Below, piece after piece: positions 54,019 through 64,000 of a stretch of 64,000 nt of DNA. A model generated the notes under the pieces. That model had not been told where the DNA came from. It worked only from the letters and a program-made list of their open reading frames with translations, and made no database searches. The stretch comes from Escherichia phage EscoHU1, in the sequence record NC_133119.1; one strand, written 5' to 3'. The translations under genes and the position numbers were made by a program. The stretch's first letter is position 1. Each line of letters opens with the position of its first letter.

Positions 54019-57000
54019 TCATAGTGACGTTAAAGATGTAACAGCTTGCTTAAGTTGTTCTAACTCTTGCTCCAGTTTATTCATCTTATTACCCATATAA
54101 ACCATTGCACACGCCATATCTGTTAGAATAACATTACTATCAAGAGCAAGTGTGTCATCATTTCTGTCAGTTTCAATCTGGCGATCAATGTATTCCTCAC
54201 CATTTTCATCAACCCCGATCACATCCTCAAATACTGGTGAACCTGGGACAAGTTTCACATATTGCGGATCGATTTTTAACAGGTCTTGAGCTATCAGGCC
54301 AAAACGCTGAATATCAGATCCATTGTATTTGAACATCGTTGGCAACCATTGCATTACTCGATCATAACTTTCCTTTCCATCTGTGTAAACAATTTCTTTC
54401 TTTAAGTCACGATCAGATGTTGGGTTTTTTGCAAAGTCATAACCAACCCCCCACATATCTCCGGGCGAGTTTGCCCATGTTGAGAAAGTACCATTTACGT
54501 TAAACTCAAATCCTCTATGTTTATCGTTATCACCTAACAGCTTGAGTATTGTCCTGGACCATCCTTGGGCACCAGGGGATAACATACCAATTGCGAAACG
54601 TATGTTATAACCATTTGGGGTTGAAGTACCCCCAGCAACTACCGGACTAAATGACCCGTCGTTATTTACAGTGGAGATAGTGTTATAAGGAATTGCATTT
54701 CCTGATTGTGATGCTTCTATACCCCATCCATGATTATTGTAAAGAGCACCTGCATTGACCGCCCTGGTTTGTAAGTAACCTTGCGGATAGAAATCAAAAT
54801 CAGTACCATCAATTCCAGGACTATAAACTCTTAGGCGATGACATTTAATCTTGTCTGAACCAGATCTAACAGCCCCGGATAATGACATATCATTATACCA
54901 GTTATACCTAGTAAAGTTAGCCCAATCATCCAAAGGAACACTAGCCCCGGCATAAAGTTGGAGATTGTTTTGCTCACCCCCTTCCATTGTAAAACTATAA
55001 TTAGCACCAATTTTTATTTTCTGAGCACTAAATTGACCATTTTCGTCAAATTGGTAGAAAGCTGTTTTATCGGCGGTTGAGTTTGTAGTCCTTATTGTTG
55101 TTTTCGCTACACCAGATTGAAGTTCGTTGTAAATAGAGGAATACGAAATTAAGTTTCTAGAAGCATCGTGGTTCCTCATATAAAACAGCCCAGAATTGAA
55201 TCCATTATATAAGCTAGCGGCAACCTGAGCAAAGGTAGGTGTATTAACTTCGCCTAATTCTATGTTAGCCCTTGCATCTGCTGCATTCGTCGCCCCTGTA
55301 CCACCATTATTAATAGCTAGAATTCCTTGGGTATCATTATTTAAATCAGGCTTATTTGCAGAACCGTATAGAATATTAGTATGGATAGTAGGATTTTCAC
55401 CATCTAATTGATTATCATTTATAGTCCCGACAAAAACAATACCACTAGAGTATTGGGGGCAAATAAATGAGTGAGTATCCGCAGTTTTAGAATAAAATCC
55501 TGCAGAATACGATGGTAGTCCACCTATTCCTGTGTCATTTCTATAGTAGCCAGAACCAAAAGCTCTCATAGCTTTAAAAAGAGATACTAAATCAGGCTCG
55601 TTTAAAGTGAGTCCTGCACCACCTAAGCCAAAAGCACCACGAAGTAAAACCTCACCATTAATGCCATCCCAAACATTCTTAGTAACAACGTTACCTAGAG
55701 AAATATTACCACTCTCGTCTGGGCGAATAGTTCCGTTAACCATTGCTACATAAGGAAGTTTAATAGCTCCGGTATCATCAGCAGGACCAATTCCATTCAC
55801 AGTAGTGATATAGGGAATTTGCTCTTTAATTGCGCCAGCATCTTCCTCTCCCTTAGTTGGAGCGCGGAATGCTTGCCCTTGCATCATATCTGGTAAACGG
55901 AACGTCGTAGATCCATCACCAGTGGAGAAGTAAAGAGTTGCACCAGCTTGCCATTGTTCTTCAGTAACAGAAGGGATTAAGCCAGCCTCAATAGCTTCCC
56001 AAGTATCTGGATAATCTACACGAAGAACTTCACGACCATCAGCAGGAAGAACACCAGGGTAGCCAACACCTGAATCTTTATCATAAGGGAACCAAGTAAC
56101 TTCACCCAGCCATAAAGAGGGGTTACCCCCAGGAAGAGTAATCTGTACGTTACCTGCGTCATCTGCATGAACGTTATTGATTGATACGAGTTTCTGTTCA
56201 ATTTCTACTAATTCTAGGACAGGAGCCTCAGCAGTACCAGCAACCTTATACCAACCATATTTTGAATCAGTTTGGTTCCAGACTAGAATCTTTTCACCCA
56301 GAACACGATTTGCAACATCTGCATCAGCTTCTGCTTTTGTCTTATAAACTTTGATGAAACCAGATATATCTTCTTTATCCAGCTTGCTATCTACAATCTG
56401 AGCTGCGCGATCGGCTTCAGCCTTAGCACGATTTGCCTCAGTAGTAGCATCTACAGCCTTATCTCCTGCTTCTACAGCAGAACCAGCCGCATTAGTTTCT
56501 GATTCTTTAGCATTTAATTCTGATTGTTTAGCGGAAGCAGCATGTTCTCCAGCAGTTGTAGCAGCAGCTTCTGCACCTGCTTTTGCTGTTTCAGCACCAG
56601 TCTTAGCAGTTTCTGCAGCTGTCTGAGCTTGTTGAGCCGCAGTTTTAGCTTGTTCGGCAAGTCTACGACTGGTCTCCGCATTTTGAGCAGCTAATTCAGC
56701 AGAATTCCTGAATCCTTTAGATTCTTCCGCCGATGTAGCGGATGCTTCAGCACTCTTTTGTGACAGACCAGCTTGTCTCTCAGCTTCCGCAGCAGATTCC
56801 GCAGATTGAGTTGCAGATGTTTCAGAAGAAGTAGCATAAATTGCAGCTAGGTTCTCCGAGTCCTTAGCATTTGTTTCAGATTCTTTTGCTGCAATTTCGG
56901 AATCTTTTGCTGCCGCAGCAGAAGCAGCAGAGGCTTCTACAGCAGCAGTTAATTCACTAGCAGTAATAGAACTAATAGAATTACCTAAAACTACTGTATA

Positions 57001-57081
57001 TTTAGGATACTTACTAGCAGTAGTTGTAGTGTCATCTATGTTCAGAATCTGCTGTACAATAATTTTAGTTTTAAGTGCCAT
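54019..57081 (-). CDS. ltf: L-shaped tail fibre protein with C-terminal intramolecular chaperone domain
   Basis: 1020 aa; N-terminal Ala/Glu-rich coiled region, beta-rich shaft, C-terminal chaperone/autocleavage region (DRDLKKEIVYTDGKESYDRVMQWLP) and terminal coiled coil. Confidence 0.7.
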   Translation of the reverse strand: MALKTKIIVQQILNIDDTTTTASKYPKYTVVLGNSISSITASELTAAVEASAASAAAAKDSEIAAKESETNAKDSENLAAIYATSSETSATQSAESAAEAERQAGLSQKSAEASATSAEESKGFRNSAELAAQNAETSRRLAEQAKTAAQQAQTAAETAKTGAETAKAGAEAAATTAGEHAASAKQSELNAKESETNAAGSAVEAGDKAVDATTEANRAKAEADRAAQIVDSKLDKEDISGFIKVYKTKAEADADVANRVLGEKILVWNQTDSKYGWYKVAGTAEAPVLELVEIEQKLVSINNVHADDAGNVQITLPGGNPSLWLGEVTWFPYDKDSGVGYPGVLPADGREVLRVDYPDTWEAIEAGLIPSVTEEQWQAGATLYFSTGDGSTTFRLPDMMQGQAFRAPTKGEEDAGAIKEQIPYITTVNGIGPADDTGAIKLPYVAMVNGTIRPDESGNISLGNVVTKNVWDGINGEVLLRGAFGLGGAGLTLNEPDLVSLFKAMRAFGSGYYRNDTGIGGLPSYSAGFYSKTADTHSFICPQYSSGIVFVGTINDNQLDGENPTIHTNILYGSANKPDLNNDTQGILAINNGGTGATNAADARANIELGEVNTPTFAQVAASLYNGFNSGLFYMRNHDASRNLISYSSIYNELQSGVAKTTIRTTNSTADKTAFYQFDENGQFSAQKIKIGANYSFTMEGGEQNNLQLYAGASVPLDDWANFTRYNWYNDMSLSGAVRSGSDKIKCHRLRVYSPGIDGTDFDFYPQGYLQTRAVNAGALYNNHGWGIEASQSGNAIPYNTISTVNNDGSFSPVVAGGTSTPNGYNIRFAIGMLSPGAQGWSRTILKLLGDNDKHRGFEFNVNGTFSTWANSPGDMWGVGYDFAKNPTSDRDLKKEIVYTDGKESYDRVMQWLPTMFKYNGSDIQRFGLIAQDLLKIDPQYVKLVPGSPVFEDVIGVDENGEEYIDRQIETDRNDDTLALDSNVILTDMACAMVYMGNKMNKLEQELEQLKQAVTSLTSL

Positions 57082-57503
57082 TATTGAGTTACTCCATCGC
57101 TGATGTATACTTTACCTTCCATAATACGGAAAGAACTGACTTCAGAGCCAATTACATCACGAGTCATTAGGATATCATAATAACCAGCAAAACGTTGTCT
57201 TGGGTTATACTTATCACGTTCTTTAGATGCTTTTTCACCAATATTAGTAACGTCTGCAACGGAAAGACTAATTGCAGCAGCACCTTGAGCAGCATCAATA
57301 ACACGAGTTTTAAAGTTAGCTAGAACCTCGGCGTTCTCATCTAAACTAGATTTAATAGTTCCTCGGAGTGAATACCCCGTCAAATTAACAGGAACTTCTG
57401 TTGGTGGATATACACTATCATCAACATCCATAAATTGCATGATAAGACCATAAGGTACTTTTTCATCAACAACAATATCAATAACTCGGTTTTCTGTACT
57501 CAT
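57081..57503 (-). CDS. tail collar protein (T5 p132-like)
   Basis: 140 aa ORF immediately upstream of the fibre gene; size and position match T5 p132. Confidence 0.45.
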   Translation of the reverse strand: MSTENRVIDIVVDEKVPYGLIMQFMDVDDSVYPPTEVPVNLTGYSLRGTIKSSLDENAEVLANFKTRVIDAAQGAAAISLSVADVTNIGEKASKERDKYNPRQRFAGYYDILMTRDVIGSEVSSFRIMEGKVYISDGVTQ

Positions 57504-57508
57504 TATAA

Positions 57509-59566
57509 TTACCTTATATGGATATACCCACTATTTAGGTCTATCTTCATCTTGTAGTATGCTTCAGGATTCCCTGATAATGCAGCATTTCTATCGTAGA
57601 TTATATTAACACCGATTTGCGATAAGAAGGCATTTCCTGCCACAATCTTATCCGCAGTAACAGTTCCATTAACAATCATATTGCCATGAAGAACCATTGC
57701 AGGGTTAATCCATCCAGCCCCGTTCCATTGACGGGTAAATGCTGTTTGTGGAGCATTACTGTTAAATTGTGTTAGAACATCGTATTTAACCGGAGGTTTT
57801 CCAAAGTTATTTTGAAAGAATGCATTAGCCTGTCCATCATCCCAACCACCTAATCCAGGAATACCCATGGAGTACATCCCAGGACCACGCTGTCCATCAT
57901 GTCCTATAGTACCTTCAGTACCACTCCACTGAACTACATCAGACCAGCTAGTACCTTCAAGAAGTTTGTTAGTAACTGGATCAAGTGTACCTGTAGTCGC
58001 ATAGATATTTTGTGTCATATCTGTACGGTTAGGTGGAGTTTTTGACCAACCAGGAGGCGGATAATCTTGTTCTAGCGGTTTGGCCGGTAAAGATGTTGCT
58101 AACTTATAAACAAATACTGTTTGTTTACCTTGTAAACCAGTCCCAATATCTACGTCACCATTTGGCGTTCCAATTACTACACCACTAGAGATACGCAGAG
58201 TAGTACCATCATAACGTATCCATTGTGTAGCATTACCAATGTCTAATTTAGCTTTGGCAGAGGTATTATCCATACCCATCCAAATACCAGAGTTATTATC
58301 TCCCCAAGATTTACCTTGAGTGTAAATTGCTGGATTATCTTTACCAGACAAGTTAGTCATAATAAAGTTTGCAGCATTAATATCTCTAGTAATTACTTTA
58401 CCATCAACGTTAACCACACGATTTATAGGATCGAAAGAGATAGGTGCTTTTCCTTCTTCATCTAGCAGACCAATGTTAATAGCACCAGTAGCTGCATCAA
58501 TTAAGAATGTCTGTCTCCAGATTTCTCCATCTTTCATACTACCCTTAATAAAGGCGTAGTTAACATCAATACCCGTCTCATTGACAAAGCTATTGTCTAG
58601 GGGAGTATCTTCATTCAGAATAAATGTTACAGGAGCTGATTCTGTTATATCTTGTTTGTTTGGTCCCCAGGCAATTGATGATACCTTAAAAGTATGGTCA
58701 ACTTTCCATGGGAATGATATAATCGTTGCAGCTCTAGCAGCGCCCACGTTTATCTTTTGAGCTTTAGCCCATCCGGTTTTAGCGTATTCCTCGGAGTTTA
58801 TATAAGTAACCAAGAACTCACGAACGTTAGCACCAGCACCACGTTCCCAGTTCCACTCAATTCTAACATCATATCGTTCTTTACCATCAGCAATTCGTGC
58901 AGCTTTAAAAACAATATCGATAGGTGCAGTAGGAGGAACAAAGTTATAGGCTACAGTTAGAATATTAGGGAACTCATAGTATCCAGAAGAATCAACTGTA
59001 ATACCATCAGGCATAGTTACTTGACCAGATATTCTGATCTTATAATCTCCGATAGGAACTCCACCAAATTTAATAGTAGAACCTAAAGCCCCAATGTAAT
59101 ACTTAGTCCAAGGACTATCTTCAGTAGCTGTACTTTTCAACTCAATAGTACAGTAACTTGCTTCACCAGTTGTTTCCACAACAACTATCGGTGCGCCTAC
59201 CCCAACATCCACGGGTTCTGACTCAGATCTTGCTGTAACAATTATTGGCTTCTCTTTTGTTTTAAAGTTAGTTTCATTAGAGAGGTTAATACCAATTTTT
59301 GCATTTAAAAGTTCTGAGTCAATAATTGAGTCATAAAAAGCTCCCTGAACCTGATAGGTAGTTGAGGGAGTTAAATTATTGATCATAACAAAGAAAGTGT
59401 CGATTCCAGTGAAATCTCTTCTATCCACTTCTTCGCCAAGTTTAAGCCAGAATGATCTACCGATAACATCGTAGTCGGTATAGATAGAATGCTGGATATA
59501 CGCCATCGTATATCCAGTCATAATACTATTTAAGACCATCTTGGCTGGTGCATTATTCGAAATCAT
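57509..59566 (-). CDS. baseplate / central fibre protein (T5 pb4-like)
   Basis: 685 aa beta-rich protein between the hub and collar genes. Confidence 0.55.
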   Translation of the reverse strand: MISNNAPAKMVLNSIMTGYTMAYIQHSIYTDYDVIGRSFWLKLGEEVDRRDFTGIDTFFVMINNLTPSTTYQVQGAFYDSIIDSELLNAKIGINLSNETNFKTKEKPIIVTARSESEPVDVGVGAPIVVVETTGEASYCTIELKSTATEDSPWTKYYIGALGSTIKFGGVPIGDYKIRISGQVTMPDGITVDSSGYYEFPNILTVAYNFVPPTAPIDIVFKAARIADGKERYDVRIEWNWERGAGANVREFLVTYINSEEYAKTGWAKAQKINVGAARAATIISFPWKVDHTFKVSSIAWGPNKQDITESAPVTFILNEDTPLDNSFVNETGIDVNYAFIKGSMKDGEIWRQTFLIDAATGAINIGLLDEEGKAPISFDPINRVVNVDGKVITRDINAANFIMTNLSGKDNPAIYTQGKSWGDNNSGIWMGMDNTSAKAKLDIGNATQWIRYDGTTLRISSGVVIGTPNGDVDIGTGLQGKQTVFVYKLATSLPAKPLEQDYPPPGWSKTPPNRTDMTQNIYATTGTLDPVTNKLLEGTSWSDVVQWSGTEGTIGHDGQRGPGMYSMGIPGLGGWDDGQANAFFQNNFGKPPVKYDVLTQFNSNAPQTAFTRQWNGAGWINPAMVLHGNMIVNGTVTADKIVAGNAFLSQIGVNIIYDRNAALSGNPEAYYKMKIDLNSGYIHIR

Positions 59567-62416
59567 TTAAATAGATGCCCAATCCACAGATTGCTCGCCA
59601 TTATCACCTTCTGCTCTTATACGGAAGCGTAACTTCCTATTAATACCCAGAGCATCCTCGTTATGAAGAGCGTAGTCTGCCTTATTGTATATCAGTAGAT
59701 AATCGTAGACATACTGATCTTCAATTCGTACACTTCTTAATAAACGATCTAGGTTATCGTAGATTTCGAGAGTGTAGAAGATTCCATCAATGATATCTTC
59801 TTCTGGAATTCTATCCCAGGCCAACTTAACATCTGGTCCCACAAACTCCGATGCATCTCCTGAGGCTGTATTAGTAACCCTGAAGTTACTAACGACGCTT
59901 AAGTTTTTAGCAGAGTTAAGTTCTACCGATAATGTTACAGGAGAACTTCGTCTACCATTAATATCTACAGCTCTAATCTCAAAGACTGCTAAACCAGCAG
60001 GTTCTCCAATAATTTCTTGGATCATTCGTAGATTTGGATTAGTTTCTAGTTGCTGTACGATATAAGGATCAGCATGTCCTGAGTGAACGATGGAGTAATA
60101 AACAACATTATTAGTTAAGCTAGGAAACCAAGATAACTCACCATTCTTACCAATAGATCCTACTTGTCCACCCGGTGTTGGTGTATACATAAAGTCTCTA
60201 GGAGGCAGTACGTTATTACTAACATCAGGAATATCGTTACCACTATTATCAACCTGCTCGGAGTTAATGAATACATCCTCACCATACTCTTGCAGTGTAA
60301 TATTAATCTTACCTTCTCTAGAGTTTTCAACTTCATCAACTAGGAAGTATTTCTTATCCCAACCATAACGATCATATGTAAAAGCAATCGGATCGTTAGG
60401 CTCAATGCCTATGAAATGATATGGTAATGAGAATGTGAGAGTTCGTGAGTAACGAGACTTTTTCAGTTCTCTATCTGCAAAGCTACGTGCAGTATAGTAG
60501 TTAGTAATGTTTGCAAAAGAAAGCTGAAGTTTTTTATCTAACCCTTTATCTTGTTCTTTAAATATAGAGTTAAAGAATGTAATGGAGTTAGTTTTCCAGC
60601 TTAATGCGGGATCTAATATAGAGGCTTGTACTGAGTTGAATTTATTTCTACCAGTAGTATCTGATAGCTCCAGATCACCATAGGTATCTAAGAAGTCAAT
60701 CTCCAATGGAGTACTCGAGAACTTCTCAACAGTTATTCTATACTGGCCAGATAAGTTGTTGATAGCACCACCATAAGACTCTATTAATCCCTGCACGTTT
60801 TTAAATACTGACTCAGAGGTATCGAGAATAGTATTCATTTGAACTATTTGTCTATTCTCTCCTACAGCATCAGTCCAACCAACGTATCTCCAATAGGGTT
60901 GCCAAGAAACCTGGTAGGATTCATCAATGATATCCAGAATAGCTGCTTCTTGAATTAATTGCTGGAGAGGGAACTGATCAATAGTGATATTAGCACCGTA
61001 GCGGTCAGAGGTTAGGTAGTCCAGAGTTTGCCAGATACCATTTAAGCTAGTCTTATCAGCAGTTACTCTACCATCTGAATGATAGATCTTAATCTTCTTA
61101 CCTTGAACTTCAGCGCTAACTTCTGGAATTTCTGTTCTGTTTTCATTAATAGTAAAGCGAACAATAGCATAAGCAGTATCTAACAGTTTATAACGAGAGT
61201 CCCAGTATTCCGGTCCATTCTCATTCATGTTCTGTAGATAGAAACCTTTCTCTTTTGCAATGTTAACTAGAACATCAGCAGCAGATTGATCAGCCTTACC
61301 ATGATAAGTCCAGATACGGATATCTCCATTACCATCATTATACTTATATTCCTGTCCATGAACAGAAGGTTCAGAGCTTGGTTGACCAGAAGCAATACGT
61401 TGCATGGTATCACCAGCTACTTTCTTAGTACCAAAGCAAGTACGAGACTTACTATCATTAGGATCAATACAGATCATTGGTACATCACCAAAGTAGAAAT
61501 CTAGGAATCCATCAATCTCACCCTCACAGAAGGCGTACACTACATATACGATATTAGGGTTATGCAGTTCAGTATCTGCAAATACTGGGATTCCAGGAAT
61601 TTTCTGAACTCCATATACTACTGGCAGGAATTTAGCAGCTAAGTTAAAATCAAGATCTACTTCCTTAGTTACAGTCTCATAGTATTTCTTTAGACTATAG
61701 CTTCTAGAAAGACCAAATAACTTTTTCTTAGATTGTAACTTATAACGTTCTTCCTGAACCTGATACTTAGCAAGAATAGAAATACTCTTGTTAGCGTGGA
61801 AGAACCCGTAGTCTTCTTGATATTCAGGTCGCTTAGCACCATTAGACGGAACTAATTGGCCGGCAACAATCTCAAGCCCTCTATGGTCAGCATCATCTGT
61901 GAAACGTCCATTTACTCTATCAAAGTCATAGAATTGGTTTGAACAGTTCCATGTAATAACGGATGTACTAACTCCGGAAGTACCAATGTTATCCTTAATA
62001 CCACCACCAGTAATTTTACCACGGAAGTAAAGTAAAGGACCATTAGTGTCTGGATCTACAGGAAGAATGTTACCTTCTTCATCAATAACCGCTTGATGGA
62101 TTGAAATAGATCTATCTAGGAAGGATACACCATTTTGGACTAGTTTTAATACTTCATCCTCAGCAGTACCTGTGATAGTAAAAGAAAGGCTACCAATGGA
62201 AAGTTTTCTATTTTGTTTATGTGTTGTTATAGACTTAACTTTACCGGATGTGTAAAGAATACCATTATAAATTACATCCCTAAAATAGTCTGTAAGATAA
62301 ATGTACGCAGAACTTGATCCGGTAGAGCTTGGCAATTCAAGAGTAATAAGGCATGCAGTTTTTATTTTATTATTGGTTCTTAGATACTCTCTTGCACTGT
62401 CAAGAATTTTCTTCAT
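59567..62416 (-). CDS. baseplate hub protein (T5 pb3-like)
   Basis: 949 aa protein directly downstream of the Dit-like gene. Confidence 0.6.
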   Translation of the reverse strand: MKKILDSAREYLRTNNKIKTACLITLELPSSTGSSSAYIYLTDYFRDVIYNGILYTSGKVKSITTHKQNRKLSIGSLSFTITGTAEDEVLKLVQNGVSFLDRSISIHQAVIDEEGNILPVDPDTNGPLLYFRGKITGGGIKDNIGTSGVSTSVITWNCSNQFYDFDRVNGRFTDDADHRGLEIVAGQLVPSNGAKRPEYQEDYGFFHANKSISILAKYQVQEERYKLQSKKKLFGLSRSYSLKKYYETVTKEVDLDFNLAAKFLPVVYGVQKIPGIPVFADTELHNPNIVYVVYAFCEGEIDGFLDFYFGDVPMICIDPNDSKSRTCFGTKKVAGDTMQRIASGQPSSEPSVHGQEYKYNDGNGDIRIWTYHGKADQSAADVLVNIAKEKGFYLQNMNENGPEYWDSRYKLLDTAYAIVRFTINENRTEIPEVSAEVQGKKIKIYHSDGRVTADKTSLNGIWQTLDYLTSDRYGANITIDQFPLQQLIQEAAILDIIDESYQVSWQPYWRYVGWTDAVGENRQIVQMNTILDTSESVFKNVQGLIESYGGAINNLSGQYRITVEKFSSTPLEIDFLDTYGDLELSDTTGRNKFNSVQASILDPALSWKTNSITFFNSIFKEQDKGLDKKLQLSFANITNYYTARSFADRELKKSRYSRTLTFSLPYHFIGIEPNDPIAFTYDRYGWDKKYFLVDEVENSREGKINITLQEYGEDVFINSEQVDNSGNDIPDVSNNVLPPRDFMYTPTPGGQVGSIGKNGELSWFPSLTNNVVYYSIVHSGHADPYIVQQLETNPNLRMIQEIIGEPAGLAVFEIRAVDINGRRSSPVTLSVELNSAKNLSVVSNFRVTNTASGDASEFVGPDVKLAWDRIPEEDIIDGIFYTLEIYDNLDRLLRSVRIEDQYVYDYLLIYNKADYALHNEDALGINRKLRFRIRAEGDNGEQSVDWASI

Positions 62417-63027
62417 AGACTTTCCCTCAAGGAAAGTGAAATACCAGTATATGTACCATTGCTATTTAACGTAGAGCCGAAGCTGTCTCCGTTCATTAAT
62501 TTAGTTCTAAATAGAATACCATTAAATACCGGTTTCTCACTACCCGTAGTAGTAATGAATAGATCAGGGTAAACACTTATATTCCAAGTATTTCCTGCTG
62601 TGTTGATAGAGGTGATTTTGTACACTTTTGGATGGTTGGACAATTTAAATAAATCACCTGGTTTAGGCAGTCCACGAAGTGTACCCTTAGTGTCCATAAT
62701 AACTGTTGAACCTTTTTGTCCAGCAGGAATATTTACAGCACTAGTATCACCATGAACTCGGAAAGCTTCATATTGTGGTAATAACACATCAATATAGCTA
62801 CCTGTTCTTTTATAATCTAGAATGAATGAGTCTAATTTAGCAAATTCATCTGGGAATAATTCTGGATAAGAGATATTAATACCCCAATATTGAGCAGACA
62901 CCTTAACCTCCCTAACTTTACCATTAGGTAATTCATCACGAATCATAGGGTCATTGTCTACTAAGTTAACGCTTTCAAAACCTAACCCTGATAGCTCTGG
63001 GTTCGTGTATGGGTCTGGTAGTCTCAT
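62413..63027 (-). CDS. distal tail protein (Dit, T5 pb9-like)
   Basis: 204 aa ORF between tape-measure and hub genes. Confidence 0.5.
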   Translation of the reverse strand: MRLPDPYTNPELSGLGFESVNLVDNDPMIRDELPNGKVREVKVSAQYWGINISYPELFPDEFAKLDSFILDYKRTGSYIDVLLPQYEAFRVHGDTSAVNIPAGQKGSTVIMDTKGTLRGLPKPGDLFKLSNHPKVYKITSINTAGNTWNISVYPDLFITTTGSEKPVFNGILFRTKLMNGDSFGSTLNSNGTYTGISLSLRESL

Positions 63028-63135
63028 AGTTAATTTCTCCTCTTAATAACAATATTATAATAGTATTGGAAAATTTTATCAAGAAATTTTTATTTTTCCA
63101 TAAAGAAAAGGAGGACATAAAGTCCTCCTCCAGTA

Positions 63136-64000
63136 TTAAGAATTACCAAGTGATTTCAGGGTGGTTCCATTCTCATTAAGAGCCTGTTCCACGGCATCCC
63201 TGAAAGCAGCACTGTTGCTCGAAGCAAAGTCTCGGAAGCTAGCCGCATCCATCGTACTAATGTTCAACACAATAGGTCTACCCGATGTACCCTTTGAAGA
63301 TCCTTTGAGTTCATCAGTAGGAGTAGCCTTCATCGGAACCATAGGAGTGATTACTTCGGTACCATGCTCACCCATCTGGTAACTAACTCCAGGATACATA
63401 TTACCACCTTCTGCACGAGGTACGAAAGAGTTAGCATTACCAATCCCTTGATCTCCTCGAATATAAGAAAGTTCGCCTGCATTAGCCGACATAGAAACGT
63501 CTACGTTCTTCTGGCGCTCTCCAAGAGTTAAGTAACCAGCTGTCTCAGCACCAGAGTCTCCAATAGAAGACATACCAGATGCAGAGGATGCTTGAGCAAG
63601 AGCCATAGCACCTGCTAAACCAGCCGCAACCATCAGAGGAATAGAGAATGGATACGGAACAGCTGTTGCTGCTTGCATCACCGCTACTGCTGTCTGGATA
63701 ATGATTTGCTTCTTAGCTGCATCTTGCTGGATCTTGAGCTTTTCAGCCTCTAACTTCTTGATCTTAGCTTTGGATTGCTCAGATTTACCATCACGTTTCT
63801 GTTCTGCTGCAATAGCTGCATCAATAGCACTTACCTGTTGACCAACACTATACTGAATCATTGAAGACACAGTTTGCATACCAGCCGCTACTAGAGAAGT
63901 GGTATCCAGAGATCCTTGTGAGAACTGGATCATAGCGTTAGTTAGGTTACCCATGCTTTGTGCTACAGCGGTTGCTTCGGAGTTCAGTTCAGACAGCTTA
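63136..64000 (-). CDS. tape measure protein, C-terminal part (partial; gene continues beyond window end)
   Basis: Reading frame open to the window edge; Ala/Gln-rich helical segment and hydrophobic Ala/Gly-rich stretch; position upstream of Dit. Confidence 0.5.
   Translation of the reverse strand, partial: KLSELNSEATAVAQSMGNLTNAMIQFSQGSLDTTSLVAAGMQTVSSMIQYSVGQQVSAIDAAIAAEQKRDGKSEQSKAKIKKLEAEKLKIQQDAAKKQIIIQTAVAVMQAATAVPYPFSIPLMVAAGLAGAMALAQASSASGMSSIGDSGAETAGYLTLGERQKNVDVSMSANAGELSYIRGDQGIGNANSFVPRAEGGNMYPGVSYQMGEHGTEVITPMVPMKATPTDELKGSSKGTSGRPIVLNISTMDAASFRDFASSNSAAFRDAVEQALNENGTTLKSLGNS

Noticed and set aside
1-64000. CRISPR array or integrase/transposase
   Set aside because: No array of regularly spaced direct repeats was seen and no integrase- or transposase-like ORF was recognised; the only mobile-type genes are HNH endonucleases.

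Overview
This window reads as a segment of a T5-like (Tequintavirus-type) siphophage genome; all calls are made by eye from the sequence and ORF track, with no database search run. Layout: (1) 1-5000, a minus-strand cluster of at least 15 tRNA genes interleaved with small ORFs and an HNH endonuclease; (2) 5000-24500, minus-strand accessory and nucleotide-metabolism genes (PnuC, NadR-like, SPFH, GatB/YqeY-like, SleB-like hydrolase, DEDDh exonuclease, RNase H, ThyA, DHFR, NrdB, NrdA, PhoH), each preceded by a near-identical promoter cassette; (3) 24800-51850, plus-strand early/replication genes (NrdD, Sir2-like, PC4-like, split NAD-dependent ligase, DnaB-like helicase, primase, family-A DNA polymerase, SF2 helicase, SbcD/SbcC-like, flap endonuclease, dUTPase); (4) 51889-64000, convergent minus-strand tail genes (two tail-fibre genes with C-terminal chaperone domains, collar, pb4-, pb3-, Dit-like, tape-measure C-terminus). 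Most worth a second look: an ORF-free, GC-elevated ~0.9 kb region (11341-12237) under its own strong promoter next to tRNA-Arg; a plus-strand islet of three low-complexity genes (7946-9635); an NAD+ theme (PnuC+NadR salvage, Sir2-like, NAD ligase); and a ~0.5 kb promoter-driven ORF-free leader (30078-30573). tRNA anticodons and all coordinates are hand-read and may be off by a few nt; protein functions are motif-based inferences.
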